From assembly GCA_963693365.1 (NCBI GenBank), contig CAVNZM010000002.1, positions 10,968,328 through 11,032,327 of the forward strand: a stretch of 64,000 nt of DNA, read 5' to 3'. Position numbers and translations under genes: made by a program. This DNA is from Amoebidium appalachense. Taxonomy: Eukaryota; Protista; Ichthyosporea. Every line of letters starts with the position of its first letter. The stretch's first letter is position 1. Shown piece after piece: positions 11,168-43,375 of the stretch. The notes under the pieces are model-generated. The model had not been told where the DNA came from, did not search any database, and was given only the letters and a program-made list of their open reading frames with translations.

Positions 11168-13423
11168 TTGCAGTTTTTTTCGAGATTACAAATTGGTCCG
11201 GTGTGTTTGTGTTTGTGTGTAGGCGGGTCGGTGGGACTGCTAGGGGGAGGGGGGGGAGGAGGGTAGCCTAATCGCATTCTTCTTGTCCATCCCTCTTGTG
11301 TTTTCCGTTTCTGAATCCGTATTTCTAGATGAAGAAACGATATCGATAACTACCGTGAATGTACGTAGCATGATGCACCGTCAAAGCCAGAGGCCCAGGT
11401 ATTACAGTATTTCGAATGTACATAAGGTGTTCACATATTGCCCAAGTGGCCATGGGTCTGCGGCCTGTGTTCTGGTGGAGACTAAATTCTATAGCAATAC
11501 ATTGAGTACTGCAGTATAGAGCAAGTTTTTCCGTACCATCAAGTAAATACCAAAAGAAGTATGCCGAAGCTTGTAAAGCTGCCTCCAGCACCAAAGATAT
11601 CCTTATATCATAGCCTTTGATTTTGCTAATTGATTCACCACGTGCTATATTTCCGTGTGTTTGGTTGAGGGTCTTGCATAACTACATAATATAGGTAGAG
11701 GCCTCGACATTAGAGGAAAGATCGATGTAAGATGAGATAGAAGTGGTTACCACTGGGTATATACCGTTAGCATAGGCGTTTGTTTGCGGTCGAGGAATTT
11801 GTCCATCGGCTTGGTATGCACGACGTGTCATAAGTTCATATGTTTAAACTGCGTAGGTTCTAAGAATTTGGCATAGTATGGGCCGTGCACAACTGCACAT
11901 GCATGTCATGTAAGCAGTTGTGATTAGGTGGCCTGCAACAAGTTTGACCTTATTGGCTTAAATTTGATATCAGCAGTTGCACTGGATTGCAGATCAAGAT
12001 ACCGCCAAGTTAAGGGATTCCACCCGAGGTAGGTCTATACGAAGGAAGCCCTAGGTATAGGGAGATCGGATGATAACCGGCTAAAAAAATACAATAATTG
12101 ATAATAATTTACAAAAATAAAAAACATAAACCCAATAACCATAACCCTATGTGTGTCTGGGCCCTAAATGGGGGGGCTGCCGCCCCCCCAACCCCCGCTA
12201 AAGGGGCCTGACGGCCCCTTTATGTCGCTTGGGGATCGAATCGTTCTCCCCTGATTTTACGTCATCGGATCGTGTTTTGTCCAATCAGGTGCGCGGGGAC
12301 TTCCGGCGTATGGACTTGGGTGGCTACCTCAAGGGATTCCCCAAATGTTGCACGGCAAAGTTGGATGAGCCGTATTCCATTTTTGGCTTTGGCTATATAA
12401 GACAGTGCTGTACTGTGTCCCTACAAAAGTTCCCGATCAATCTTGGGGAGTACGTCTGTATCAACAAAATGTGAAATAGAATATCTTGAGGGCGGGCGTG
12501 CACGCATGTACATGTGTCATTTGGCAGCCCATTTGTTCGATGAACTAGTACTGCTCGCATGGATTCGTACCAGGATCATCTATCAGATTCAGCAGTTTTT
12601 AAGGTGGATGCTAAAGCAACGGGTGGCCAAACCCAAGATCTCCTTCATCTGCACCACACGTGTCCAATATATGATAGGTATAACCAACCTTCGTGCTTGT
12701 TCCTTATTTAGAAAGGGACTCGCCCGGAGACCACCGCACAGAGGCCTCGGCCCGGGTACCATATCAGGAGCGGGCAATTTTTGAATTCTCCCTCCCCGGC
12801 CCCGCCGGGGAAAATTTGAGGTTTTTGGACCTCAAAGAAGTCAAATCCTGCAAAATCCACTACCGGGAGGCCAAAAAGGGTGATTTTACAAAAAAGGAGG
12901 GACATACATGAAAAAGAGAAAATGGGCGAGTTCAGTGGGCTGCCGATAAGTATATTTCGTGCTGGGCCGGTATACATGCTGCCGTGGTTGTTGCTGTAGA
13001 CGGCAGTATGGCATCGCATGTGTCACGTGACCTGCACGTGAATGCGACCATGTGCAGGCACTGAGTCTAGGGGGATTTGTATTTAGAGACAGGTGTTAAA
13101 GCAGCGAAAATTGAATACAGGCACATACATATGCATGTTATACATTCGCACAGTCGACTGATCAGAATACTTGCATTCGAAACTACCGTTTGTTGCTGAC
13201 CATAGCTGTCAGCATGATTAGCGTGCTCCTACAAGAAACCTAGCTATATACACCCACCTCAAATCTGCTGGGATGACTTATAATGTCGACAATGGAGAGA
13301 GCAGGCCTAGGAACATAAAATTTTTTTTGCTTATGCCATACTTTCGTGTTTACTGTGTGTGTATGCGCACACGGAGGTGCTGCTTAGACGCGCGCGCACC
13401 TCCCTGTCTGTTTGTGTACATGT

Positions 13424-13455
<32 letters not shown>

Positions 13456-13486
13456 GGGGGGGGGGGGAGGGGGAGGGGCCACGTGT

Positions 13487-13534
<48 letters not shown>

Positions 13535-13636
13535 GGGCACGTGTGCGCATGTGTGTCATGCGGGTTCACACTATCATGGTGATATAAATAAAGCTTACTG
13601 CTCTGCTTTAAGCGCCTATCGCGTAGTGTTAATTAA

Positions 13637-22262
<8,626 letters not shown>

Positions 22263-22343
22263 GTTTGTATGATATCGATTCAAGGCCTAAAAAGGGAGGG
22301 TAGCGGGTAAGGAGCGGTTGAATAGGCGGGGAAGGGGCGGGAG

Positions 22344-22396
<53 letters not shown>

Positions 22397-23216
22397 CGGT
22401 GAAAACAAGAAAGAAGAGAGGAGTGCACGATAAAGGAAATGAGTTGGTTTGAGCAAAGGGAGCAGGGATGAGGGTCTGAATTGGTGCAGAACTAAGAACG
22501 GAAGAGGCAGATTATGAGCCGTTAGCAGGCTGGTTCCGCCCGTAAACTTTGGAATAATGGCTCGAAAAGGCCTATGTTTTGTAAGTAGCCGCAGGAGAAA
22601 TTGTGGCCCGTACAGTATGTCCTGGGCTGATCGTCGTGTTCAAGCCAACGGGATCCTGGAGCTCGCAGCTCTGGAGCTCTTTCTGGTTCAAGAGCTTTTT
22701 TCGTTTGTTTTTTTTTGCATGCATGCATGCCTTTGCTGCTTTTGTGCCAGGAAGTTCGATGATTGGCTAAATCGGCACCATTGTTCGAAGGTCCAAGTTT
22801 TCGTTGTTCACTTTTTTTTCTTTTGACTGTTTATTTTTTTTTCTTTTGTTCACTGAAGCCTTTTCACAAACCTTTTTCCACCTCAGTTTCCGCTCGTCAA
22901 CTTCTCAAGTTGTGCGCTTTCAGAAACTATAGATAATTACGTTTGCTCGAAGCTTTGACTTGTACACACCACATAAGCCGAGAACCAAGAAATACGACGA
23001 CAATGGGCATACAATCTCACAGCCAGTACACTAATGTTCGTCGACATAAGAGTCTTTGATTTCAGCACCTTGGAAGTTGGAACTTCCATATGGAAGCACT
23101 TGGGTGGTTCAGTTTTGGGTATACTATACTATATCCCTCCCCTTGAAAAACATCGTAGGCGTTCTGAAACTGCATCAGCCACTATGGCGTCACATATATA
23201 AAGAGTTACATCAGCC
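22263..23216. promoter_or_regulatory. Probable bidirectional promoter region between head-to-head SDR42E1-like and SMYD-like genes
   Basis: Divergent start codons about 950 bp apart; the region is largely free of microsatellites. No specific motif identified. Confidence 0.45.
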
Positions 23217-32531
<9,315 letters not shown>

Positions 32532-32965
32532 CTGGCTGTAGGTCACGTGTGCAGTATGCAGTTGAATGAATGCGCTATTACAAACACCTTGCGTGGAGCT
32601 GGGTTCGATCAACTCTGGAGTTCAATCAGTGGCAGATGGCTGATGTGTTCATTTTTCTTTTCTTTTTGAAATAAGCCTATGGTTCGAAAGTACTGCCCTG
32701 CCGAATGGATATAGGCCGCCCTTTTATGGAAGCACACGAACAAACTGTCCATTTGTAGACACTGTGGTTCTTGCCATGCACCTGACGGACGTTGATCCAT
32801 TAGACATAGGATAGAATGAATGACCGGCCTGCGTGTATGCCATACAGCCATATGCGTGTAAAAAAGGAATCTGTCAATACATCCAACATAATTGGAATCA
32901 CTCCACTCGATTTCCCTGGCACTCATGACCATGGGCCACACCACCTACCCTCCCCCCCTTCCTCC

Positions 32966-33002
<37 letters not shown>

Positions 33003-33897
33003 ACCCACCCCCCCCCCCCCCCACCGTACCCACCCTCATCCCCAAGCAATTTTTCTAAGGCCTAGAAGAAATTTTTAACACACGTGTACTGACACTAGCC
33101 TTCGCCGTGCGTGCACATAGACTCGATATTGCACACGTACATGCAACACAACAAATTACCACCACAAGCTAAGCCCATCCAGCATGCATAGGCTGAATCA
33201 GCCCCGATTCGTTCGGCCTGAGTTCCGAGGAAAAGCACATGCAGTAGATACGCCCCGTGGAAGACAACAAACACTTTTACATGCGAGTTGTGCACACAAA
33301 CCCAAGCACTTTGTACTGTACACACCAACTTTGAATTGTTTATTTTTGTGTCACATATGTATAAAGAAAAGGTGTCCGTTTTTAGCCGTGCTCGTGGTGA
33401 CCTTCTAGAAACTCACAGGCTGTACACTGACTGGCCAAAAGATTTATTGCGAGCACTTATTGGCTATAGCTGCTGCCTTCATCTATACATGATTCACAAC
33501 GGATGCGCTAAAACATTTAAAAGCTGTTTATATCATTTAAAAAACATCTCCGGTGCCCAACTAGTCTTTTTAAAAATTTGAAAAATAAAGCTAAAGTTGC
33601 GTAATAACCGGTGGCTTTAGCATTTTTTTTGGTTTTCGCATCTCATTGGCTTACAACTTTCTGTTGGGGTCGAACCACATGATTTTCTGGAAAACGTAAA
33701 CAAACTCTTTTTTGGCGCGCACCCTGGGCCTCCCACACACGAACACACACACACATACACACGCACGCACCGGGTCCTAGCCGGTGGCACACATAGACTC
33801 CTTCGGCCCTGCCGGCCTGCCTGTCAAAAGTCTCACCTTTGGCGAATAAGTTGTAACTCCTTTTTTTCTGTCTTCCTTCTAGTAAATCTCTACAAGA

Positions 33898-34655
33898 ATG
33901 GAGAACTTTAGTGCGGCAGGGGTAGTGGAGGGGGTGCAGGGACCCCTTGGTGCCGCTGCAGCCGTGTTGGGCCAAATCGAAGGTTTGCCCACCAGCACAA
34001 AGACACTTCTCTATATGACCACGGCACTAGCAGGGTATGTTGCCTACGAGCAGATATCCTTTCAGTTTTTGAAGAAGGGCAAAGGCGGAGCACTGCCCGG
34101 CCCCGGGTTTGTGACGCCCATTCTCGGAGGGCTGCTAACGATGGTCAAGGACCCCTATGGCTTCTGGGAGACACAGCGCCTGTACAAGTACGTAAACGTG
34201 TTGGTGTGTGCTTGTGCGTGCGTGCGTTCGTGCGTTCGTGCGCATGTCTGGAGCTATGCACGTGCGTGATTGTGCCTGCTCATGTGCATACTCGTGTACA
34301 TCTAAAGGCTTGTGTGCAAGCGCTGTTTCCCCTTTTTCTCCGTGACCCGTGGGTGGCTTTTTCTTGTTTTTCCTGGGCAGCCTTTTTTTAGCTTGCTCTA
34401 TTCTCGTATCCTTTTTTTCTCCTTTCTTTTCAAAACTTTTGTCTTACATAAAGAAAGCTCGAGTACCTTGATATGACATAGCATGTTAAGCGCGGTAGCA
34501 GAGCAAACTAGTCTGTGGTGTGTGTTTTTGTTCTTTAGCTCTCAGCCTCTTATCGCGCTTCTTTGAGTTCGAAGGACCTTTTTATGGTTACAACTCCATG
34601 TGTGCTTTATGGCCTCCCTACAACGTGTCTGACCCTTCTATTTTTTATTTTTGTT

Positions 34656-34694
<39 letters not shown>

Positions 34695-35699
34695 AAGAGA
34701 GAGGAGAGAGAGCGAGAGAGAGAGAGAGGGGGTGGGGGGGGGGGTATAAGAATTTTGGTGGTATTGGGGAGTTAAAATTGCATCTTCATTACCGCACGCA
34801 CATTCTGTGCGCGGAAACCAAGCTTTAGAGCATGCCTTTCTTCCTTTTTACTAACGCAGACACATCCCATCATCACACACAGCCCCAATGGGCTATCGTG
34901 GAACAGCATCGTAGGCAAGTTCTGTGTGTTTGCCACCAACACAGACACCATCCGCAAGATATTTGCAGCAAACAGCCCCGACTCCCTGCTGCTTGTGCTC
35001 CACCCTAACGGCCGCCTCATTCTGGGTGGGCGGAACATAGCGTTCCAGTACGGGGAGCAGCACAAGGCACTTAGAAACAGTTTTCTGACACTGTTTAGTC
35101 CCAAGGCTCTGGGCAAGTATCTGAACATACAAGAGAAGGCCATCCACAAGGTAGGGTACTGATACTTGTGTGATGATACTTAAACACCTTCCCCTTAAAT
35201 ATTGAACATGTAGGGAAGGCTATTCACATGGTTGGGTTTTCATATTGAGGCTGAAACTGGTATCCCCCCCCCCTCTTACCCCTTTATATCTGAACCATGG
35301 GCAGTGTCTGAACATTAGTGGTCTACAAGGCAGGGTCTTGATACTTGTGTACTGATACTTACACACTCCACTTATTCACCATATCTCTGAACATTAGAGG
35401 GAGGGCCGCCCGCATCGTAGGGTCTTTATACTCATGCACTGATATTTTACTTTCCATTTATGTCCGAAATATATCGAGTATCTGAACTAACAGGTCCAGC
35501 ATGTAGCTATGTTTTTTGTTTGTTTTTTGTTTTTTGGTTTTTGTTTTTTTGGGGGGGAGGGGGGGACGATTAAGACGGGGGGATCGAGATATAAGAGACT
35601 AGCTATAAGTTATGGCGTCTCTTGCCGCCCCCACCCCTACTTTCATCACCAATGTGCCCCTGTCCCCCCGTCTGCCCCTCCAAACTCCCCCTCCCGCTC

Positions 35700-35757
<58 letters not shown>

Positions 35758-36436
35758 ACACACACAATGAATCGAGGCATATATACACGAGATAGTAATG
35801 GCTAATGCTACGACAATTGGCCATGACGGGCGAAGCCCTTGGTGCGCACATGCAAAAATACTTATGTAATATTAAAAGAAAAAGGAGAGACAATCTGTAC
35901 ACGTCTCGCAGATTACTCTATGTGACTTTCAAGTTAGCCGGGTTCGCTGCAGCTGATTCAACATGCACACCATCCTGCCGCGGCAGGGTTCGAATTTGGT
36001 TTCAAAGGCGTTTCATCTACGTATACCACGACAAACACTGCGACCTCATTACAGAAAGCAATTGAAAACCATTTGTTAATAATGGATGATGGAAAAAAAG
36101 GGCCTGTGTACAGGAAAATGCGACGTGATGGTTACACTTGGTTAAAAAAAAAAAAAAAAAAAAAATCGATTACCTTTTAGGTACGATCAAAAAATTTCGA
36201 ACGCTGATTTTTTTGAAAACCGGGTGACGTCACGTTGATCTTGACGGGACTATGGGTAACGCAAGATCAAGTCAACATAGAGTCTTGAAATGTAGACTAT
36301 TTTTTTTGGCAAAAGTTTTGTGAATTGGACGCCACCTGGAGGGACCCGGACCGCCCTGTATAACAGGCCCTTGCGCAAGTGTGATGACGTCAGGGGGCGC
36401 CGGAAACTGACCAGGAAGGGGCTTCGCCCAACAAGT

Positions 36437-36474
<38 letters not shown>

Positions 36475-36960
36475 CCCGCCCTCATTCGACTCAGCCAACC
36501 TTGCTCCTCGGTGTGCTCATAATTTGTGCCGTGCACTAACCATTTTCCTTCGCTCTTGCCCAAACACACATACACATGTACATACACAAACAAACGCACA
36601 CACACACTTGCCTCACAGCGCCCAACCTCTCCTCCCCCCCCCCCCCCCCTCCCCCCCCCCCCTCTCTCTCTCTCCCCCCCTCCCCCCCCCTCTCTCTCTC
36701 TCCCCCCCCCCCCCCCCCCCCCCCCCCTCAAGTCACCAACCACCTTGTTGCCCAAAACACACAAGCACACACACCATAGCACATCTATTTTTACTTTCCC
36801 CACATCCATACCCCCCCCCCCACCCCCACCCCCACCCCACCCCCCACCCCCTCTTGTCTCCTCCCCCCACACCTCCCCCCCACCCCTTCTTCCCCTTTCC
36901 CTCCACACCCACCTCCCCCCCCCCCCCTTCCCACCACCACCACCCCCTATACACTTTACA

Positions 36961-36993
<33 letters not shown>

Positions 36994-37462
36994 GCACATG
37001 GGCATGTGGTTCAAGCAAGGACACATCCCCGAGATGCGCGTCGCAGTGCGTGATCTCAACCTCGAGACCTCCCAATCTGTGTTTGTAGGCCCGTACCTCG
37101 CCGACCCAGTAGCCTTCAGTAAAGACTATCTGCTGATGACTGAGGGGTTCCTCTCCCTGCCCATCCCCCTGCCCGGCACGGGGCTGTGGAAGGCAATCAT
37201 GGCTCGCAGGCGGGTGGTGAAGGTGCTTGAGCAGGCCGTGAGGGACAGCAGAAAGAACATGCTGGTACGTTCCAGCCCCTTCTCTTTTATGAACACCCTG
37301 TAGCCATAGGAACACCCCTGATGATGGGCTCAAACTGTTCAAGTACTCTCTGCCTGCACGCTTAAATTGTTTGATTTCGGGTTTCTCATCTTTGTGACGT
37401 TTTGTAGTTTGTCCTTTGTTGTTTCCTTCATTTTCCCAACCCTCTAACACATGCATCACTCC

Positions 37463-37506
<44 letters not shown>

Positions 37507-37838
37507 TTTTTTGTAGTGTTTTGTAGCTTGTCCTTTGATGTCTCCTCCACATTTCCAACCTTATAACCCATACATTCCTCCACCCCCCCCCCCCCCCCCC
37601 CCCCCCCCCCACCACCACCACCACCACCACCACCACCACCACCCCCTCCCCCTTCCCCACCCTAGGAACAGTCCTGGTGATGGGCTCTGTTCAACTGTCT
37701 CCTGCCTGCATTTTTTCATTTGCTTCGTTTTATGTGGTTAGTTTTGGGGGTTTTTTTGGTTTTGTGACGTTTTATATTTTGCTCTTTGGTGTTTCTTCCA
37801 TATTTCCAACCCTCTAATGCACACATCACCCCCCCCCC

Positions 37839-37887
<49 letters not shown>

Positions 37888-39275
37888 CCCATCCCCCCCC
37901 CCCCCCCCCCCCCCCCCCCTCCCCCTCCCCAATAAATGAATGAATAAATAAATAAATAATATGAAATAAAATAGGAATAACTCCCAACACACATATGCAC
38001 TATAAAAATAACTCCAAACACGCATATGCACTGCAGTCGATCGTTTCACCCGTTTTTTTCTTTGAACTTCTAGATTCAACTTACCGACTCCCGCTCGCCC
38101 ATTGCCCCGAACCCAAGCCACCTATCCCAGGCCGACTCGACCCAACAGAGCAACACGAACACACACACCCATTCCTATGCACATAACCACGAACACACAC
38201 ACACACACATATATGCGCACACATGCAAACGAACATACACACACACGAAAATACACATGTAAATACGCATGCATGCACATCCACGTGCACATGCACTTCA
38301 CATGCTTAATCAACGCACACTCATACACATGCAATATACTCCCCCCCCCCCCCTTCCCCTCCACCCCAACTTCCCCCACCCCGAATCCACCCACCCACCC
38401 ACCCATCCATCCATCCTCCCCCCCCCCCCCCCCCCCCCCCCGTCACCCACCCACCCAAACGCACACGCACACCTACACACACCGTCCCCACCCCACCCAC
38501 ACTGACCCCCCCCCCCCCCCCCCCCCTCCCCCCTCCCCTCCCCTCTCCCCCCCCCCCTCCCTCCTCCACGCACACACCACACCCCTCTACCTCCACAACA
38601 GGCGGGCGAGGAGCCGCAATGCCTTCTCGACTTCTGGATGGAACGAGTTCTGGAGGAAGTGAAAGACGCAGAGAGCAAGAGCATACCCCGACCCGTCCAC
38701 GCATCGGACAACGCAATGGCAGAAACGATGATGGATTTCCTGTTTGCCAGCCAGGACGCTAGCACTGCAAGCCTTACGTGGGTGGTTGCTCTTATGGCGG
38801 ACAGGCCGGATGTGTTGGAGAGGGTGAGGGAGGAACAGAAGAGGCTGCGGCCAAACAACGAGGACATCACGTATGATGTGCTGACGAAGATGGACTACAC
38901 ACGCATGGTGCGTGTTTGCTGTCCTACCCCCCTTCCCCCCCCCCCCCCCCCCCCCCCTCCCCTCTCCCCCCCCCCCTCCCTCCCATCTTCCCCCTCCCTT
39001 CCTCCCCCCCACCCCTACCCCCTCCCCAACCCCAGCCCTTTGATGATGGGCTCTACTCCTGATGGATACTCTGTGTGCACTCTGCAATATATGCCGCGTG
39101 TCGAGAGTGTGTATCATACTTCGTGCTCTGTAACACAACACACACATTCTACCTCCCCTTCCCCCCGCCCGTCCTCCCCCTACCTCCCTCCCTCCATCCT
39201 TCCCTCGTTCTCCCCCTCCCTCCTCCCTCCCCTCTCCCATGCACCACCCACTCCCCACACACCCACACTTCTCAA

Positions 39276-39324
<49 letters not shown>

Positions 39325-39581
39325 ACCACCACCACCACCACCACCACCACCACCCCACCCCACCTGTGGCTACCCCCTCCCCTCATTGTCATGAATGCGT
39401 ACTTCATACTCTGTAACACAATCTAACACACACACACACCCCTCTGCGCATGGGCTCTGCTTGTTTTCCATTTTTCTTGTGTGGTTTGCAATATGCAATG
39501 TGTTGTCCGTTGTGAATGTGTACTTCATACTCTTTAACACATTCTTTCCCCGCCCTCCCCCCGCCTGCAACTGCCCACCAC

Positions 39582-39649
<68 letters not shown>

Positions 39650-40107
39650 ATGGCAATGAATGTTCCCTTTATTTTCCTGTAACACCTTCTAACCTCTCCC
39701 CCCCCCCCACACACACACACTTTTTTTTTTCCTTTTCCAGGTTGTCAAGGAGATTCTGCGCTACCGGCCGCCTGCCCCCATGGTGCCTCAACTGGTGCAA
39801 AAGGATTTCCCCCTGGCAGATGGCTTTGTGGCCCCAAAGGGCTCAGTGGTCATCCCCTCCATCCTGGCTGCATGCGCACAGGGATACACGGTACGTGTGG
39901 GTGGGTGGGTGGGTGAATGGATGTGTGGGGGGGAGGGAGGGAAGAGGGGGTGGGTGGGTGGGTGTGGGTGTATGTATGGATGGGTGTGTGTGGTTGTGGT
40001 GGGTGTTATTGTTTTGTGTGTGTGTGTGTGGGCGTGGCCATGTATCTGGGCGGGTGTGGGTGTGAATTGTGGGTGGGTGGGTGTTGATGTGTGTTTGTGT
40101 GCGTCAT

Positions 40108-40140
<33 letters not shown>

Positions 40141-40634
40141 GGGGGGGGGGGGGGGGGTGCGTGTGTGTATGTGTGTGTGTGTGGTGGGGGGGGGGGGGTG
40201 CGTGTGTTTATTAGTGTGTGTGGGGGGGGGGGGGGGGGGGGGGGGAGGGGGAGGGCAAACAAGGTGTGATTGCTTTGAGTGGTGGCACAAAGGATTTGAG
40301 TGCAGTCACTGTGTGTCTGTTGGCCGGGCTTGATTTGCGGGAACCCGTTGGTTTGTTGCGGTGCTAGGGGCGCTTATTACGGCCCACCCGAAACACACTA
40401 GTCCCTGGAGATGCCCTCCCCCCCCCCCCCCTCTGTCGGTTCACATGTCCCATGCACGTGCTGTGAAACCACCCACGTAACAGTGCTATGGTCATTCTGC
40501 TTGCATCTGGCGCCACTCTTGCTTACCTCCCTCCCTCCCTCCCCCCCCTCCCCCCCTCCCCTTCTCTCTCTCTCTCCCCTCTCCCCCTCCCCCCCTACAC
40601 ACACACACGCACACACGCTGCCTTCCCCTCCCCC

Positions 40635-40681
<47 letters not shown>

Positions 40682-40712
40682 AAATACACGCACAACCCCT
40701 CCCCCTCCCCAT

Positions 40713-40798
<86 letters not shown>

Positions 40799-40874
40799 CT
40801 CCCCCATCCCCCCCATCCCGCTCCCCTCCTTCCTCCCATGCCCCCCCCCACCCCCCCACCCCCCCACAACCCAC

Positions 40875-40905
<31 letters not shown>

Positions 40906-41176
40906 ACAGGACGGCGAAAAGTTCGACCCCGACCGCATGGGGCCTGAGCGTGGGGAGGACACCAAGTACGCAAAGCACTTCCTTGTGTTCGGCAGTGGCC
41001 CGCACAAATGCGTAGGGTACCAGTACGCAATCAACCACTTGATGACATTCCTCGCTACCATGGCAACGGGCGCCACGTGGGAACGCACACGCACGGCCAG
41101 GAGCGATGAGATTCTGTACCTGCCCACTATCTATCCCCATGACTGTATTGTCGACATCAAGGCTAAGTCCGACTAG
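33898..41176 (+). CDS. CYP710: Cytochrome P450 sterol C-22 desaturase (CYP710/CYP61-ERG5 type), 6 exons, ~516 aa
   Basis: Exons 33898-34187, 34883-35150, 36995-37264, 38602-38907, 39741-39890 and 40910-41176 join in frame (1551 nt). Motifs: I-helix DFLFASQDASTASL (typical of C-22 desaturases), EXXR motif VKEILRYRPPAPMVP, FDPDR, heme motif FGSGPHKCVG, and PQCLLDFWM. Confidence 0.92.
35113..35490 (+). repeat. Degenerate tandem copies of the CYP710 exon-2 3' end plus donor
   Basis: The exon end and donor TATCTGAACATAC...CCACAAG|GTAGGGTACTGATACTTGTG are echoed downstream, e.g. TGTCTGAACATTAGTGGTCTACAAGGCAGGGTCTTGATACTTGTG (~35305) and CTCTGAACATTAGAGG...CGTAGGGTCTTTATACTC (~35385). Confidence 0.65.
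36098..36372. mobile_element. MITE-like element (~275 bp) in CYP710 intron 2
   Basis: Imperfect TIRs AAGGGCCTGTGTACAGG and CCTGTATAACAGGCCCTT, with an internal TTGATCTTG...CAAGATCAA inverted repeat. GGGCCTGT ends resemble PIF/Harbinger MITEs, but no clear TSD is visible. Confidence 0.5.
37316..37829 (+). repeat. Dispersed intronic element, subtype A (2 full copies and 1 partial here; others at 27617-27733 + and 51683-51815 -)
   Basis: Shared pattern CCTGATGATGGGCTC...CTGCCTGCA...TTTGTGACGTTT...TTTCCAACCCTCTAA...CATCAC followed by poly-C. Confidence 0.7.
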
Positions 41177-41224
41177 AACCCTAATGCTTGTCCTACTTAG
41201 TAGATTTTTTTTTCTCTCTTCTTT

Positions 41225-41257
<33 letters not shown>

Positions 41258-42038
41258 CTCCCGGACGTTCAGGTGTTTTCTTGGGCTTTTTTTTTTTTTG
41301 CTAACACGACGAATTGATGACGTACACGTTGGTATTTTCGTGAAGACGTTGCTGGTTGTTCCAATGGAAAGTAGCACCTGCTGTGTGCGTGAGTGACTGT
41401 GGTACCTTTTACTGTCTGGGAGTCATCGGATTCATTGTTGTGTATGTTAGGTATCGAACGGCTCCCGCTAGCGCTGGGTGTGTTGTGAAATACGTTACCC
41501 TATTCATACCCTAACTTCCGAACATTCATCCAAACATTTAAACCAACTTATTATTATTATTGCCCACCCTTGTACAAGTAGTGTTAGATTATTATCGTGC
41601 CTCATGCATGTATACGTAATCGTAATAGCTTTGTGTATCTCACAATTTGCACTGTGTGTGTGTGTGTGTGTGTTGTTTGCTTCTTTTTGATGTGCTGGGT
41701 TGAGGGGCGGCAGGTAGAGAATGTGTGACTGGGGCTGTGCCCCGATGCAGTGAGGACTGGAATCACCAATATATGATGATGTGTATGACGTAAATTGCTG
41801 TGGTTCGTGAACGGACCATGTCTGAATGTGTCACGTGCACATATACAGACTCCCAGATATATGATCACCGTGCCAATTTTACATCTGCTAACAACCCTGA
41901 CCTTTCTAGAATTGTCAGCATACAGATCATTGTACTATCATCCCCCCCCCCCCCCCCCCCAAAAAAAAAAAAATAAATAAATAAATAAAATAAAATAAAA
42001 TAAATAAAAATAATATATATATAAAAAAAGCCCGCCCG

Positions 42039-42145
<107 letters not shown>

Positions 42146-42449
42146 GGCCACACACTCTCTCTTCCCGGACGGGGCACTCAATTGTCCCAGCGCCATGGCC
42201 CAAGGGTTAGTGTGGCCTGAACGCGACCCTCCACTTGGCATGGATATCGATACCGTGGCATCCCCACACATACAAAGCCGCAACGCACCACCACCTGCGA
42301 TAAGTACTTGCATAATCTAGCCCAAGGGAGAAGAACCCTTATATAGTGCACACAGTCGCACCAGTCTTATTATCTAATTGTGGCAGGCAAAACATAATTT
42401 GCAGCCACCACGTGCCCGTTGCAACTGTGTATGTGTGTGTGTAACGTGT

Positions 42450-42486
<37 letters not shown>

Positions 42487-42487
42487 T

Positions 42488-42547
<60 letters not shown>

Positions 42548-43194
42548 TGCACACAGGCACCCAACCAACCCACCTCGGCACTACGGTGATTATGCACAAA
42601 AATGTGCACACGCAATTTTCAGATGGCCTGATTATCACTTGTTTTTAAATCTCCGAGTTAGGAAGTTCAGCTTGTGGCAAGTCAACTACATAGGCTTAGT
42701 CCAAATTCATGCCGTAGGTTATGTACACAGGGGTGGAAACGAAACCGCAGATGATTAAATGCTAAAGCTTCCTGCATCTATTGTGCTACTTCTTTGTTAT
42801 TTCAAAGAAGAAAGAGAAAACACGAAAGTGTTGTTAATTCAACCCCGGCCAAAAAAAAGACCACCCAAAAACCCAAGGCAGGGCAAACCAACATGAACCG
42901 CTAAGTAAATAGCTGACAATGTATCATGCGCATTTATAGAACCCGCCTGGCCTACAGTAAACATACATGCACAATCACCATGACAGAGAGCACCTATGCC
43001 AGTTTCACCTGATAAATTTTAATAATAAATTTAAAAACTGCCTTATCTCTAGCCATGTCGATGCAGCACAAACCGAATACGTGATTCAAAATGCACGAGT
43101 ACACACAAACACACACACACGCGCGCGCGCGAGCGCACGCAGGAACGCAAGAACACACTCACTTCCCATACCCCCATACACAACCTTCTCCCCC

Positions 43195-43275
<81 letters not shown>

Positions 43276-43375
43276 ACCCACCCACCCACCCACCCACCCA
43301 CCACCACCGCTACCATCACCACCACCACCACCACCACCAAAAAGAGGGAAAAAAAAAAGAAAAAAAAATCTACTT

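Noticed and set aside
11325-11594. Minus-strand ORF with a faint GIY-YIG-like segment (NTGRR...EH)
   Set aside because: It lacks the GIY and YIG motifs and has no adjacent reverse transcriptase.
37316-37345. CTGA(T/G)GA head of the dispersed intronic element read as a hammerhead or C box
   Set aside because: No GAAA with matching stems and no terminal CTGA D box in any copy examined.
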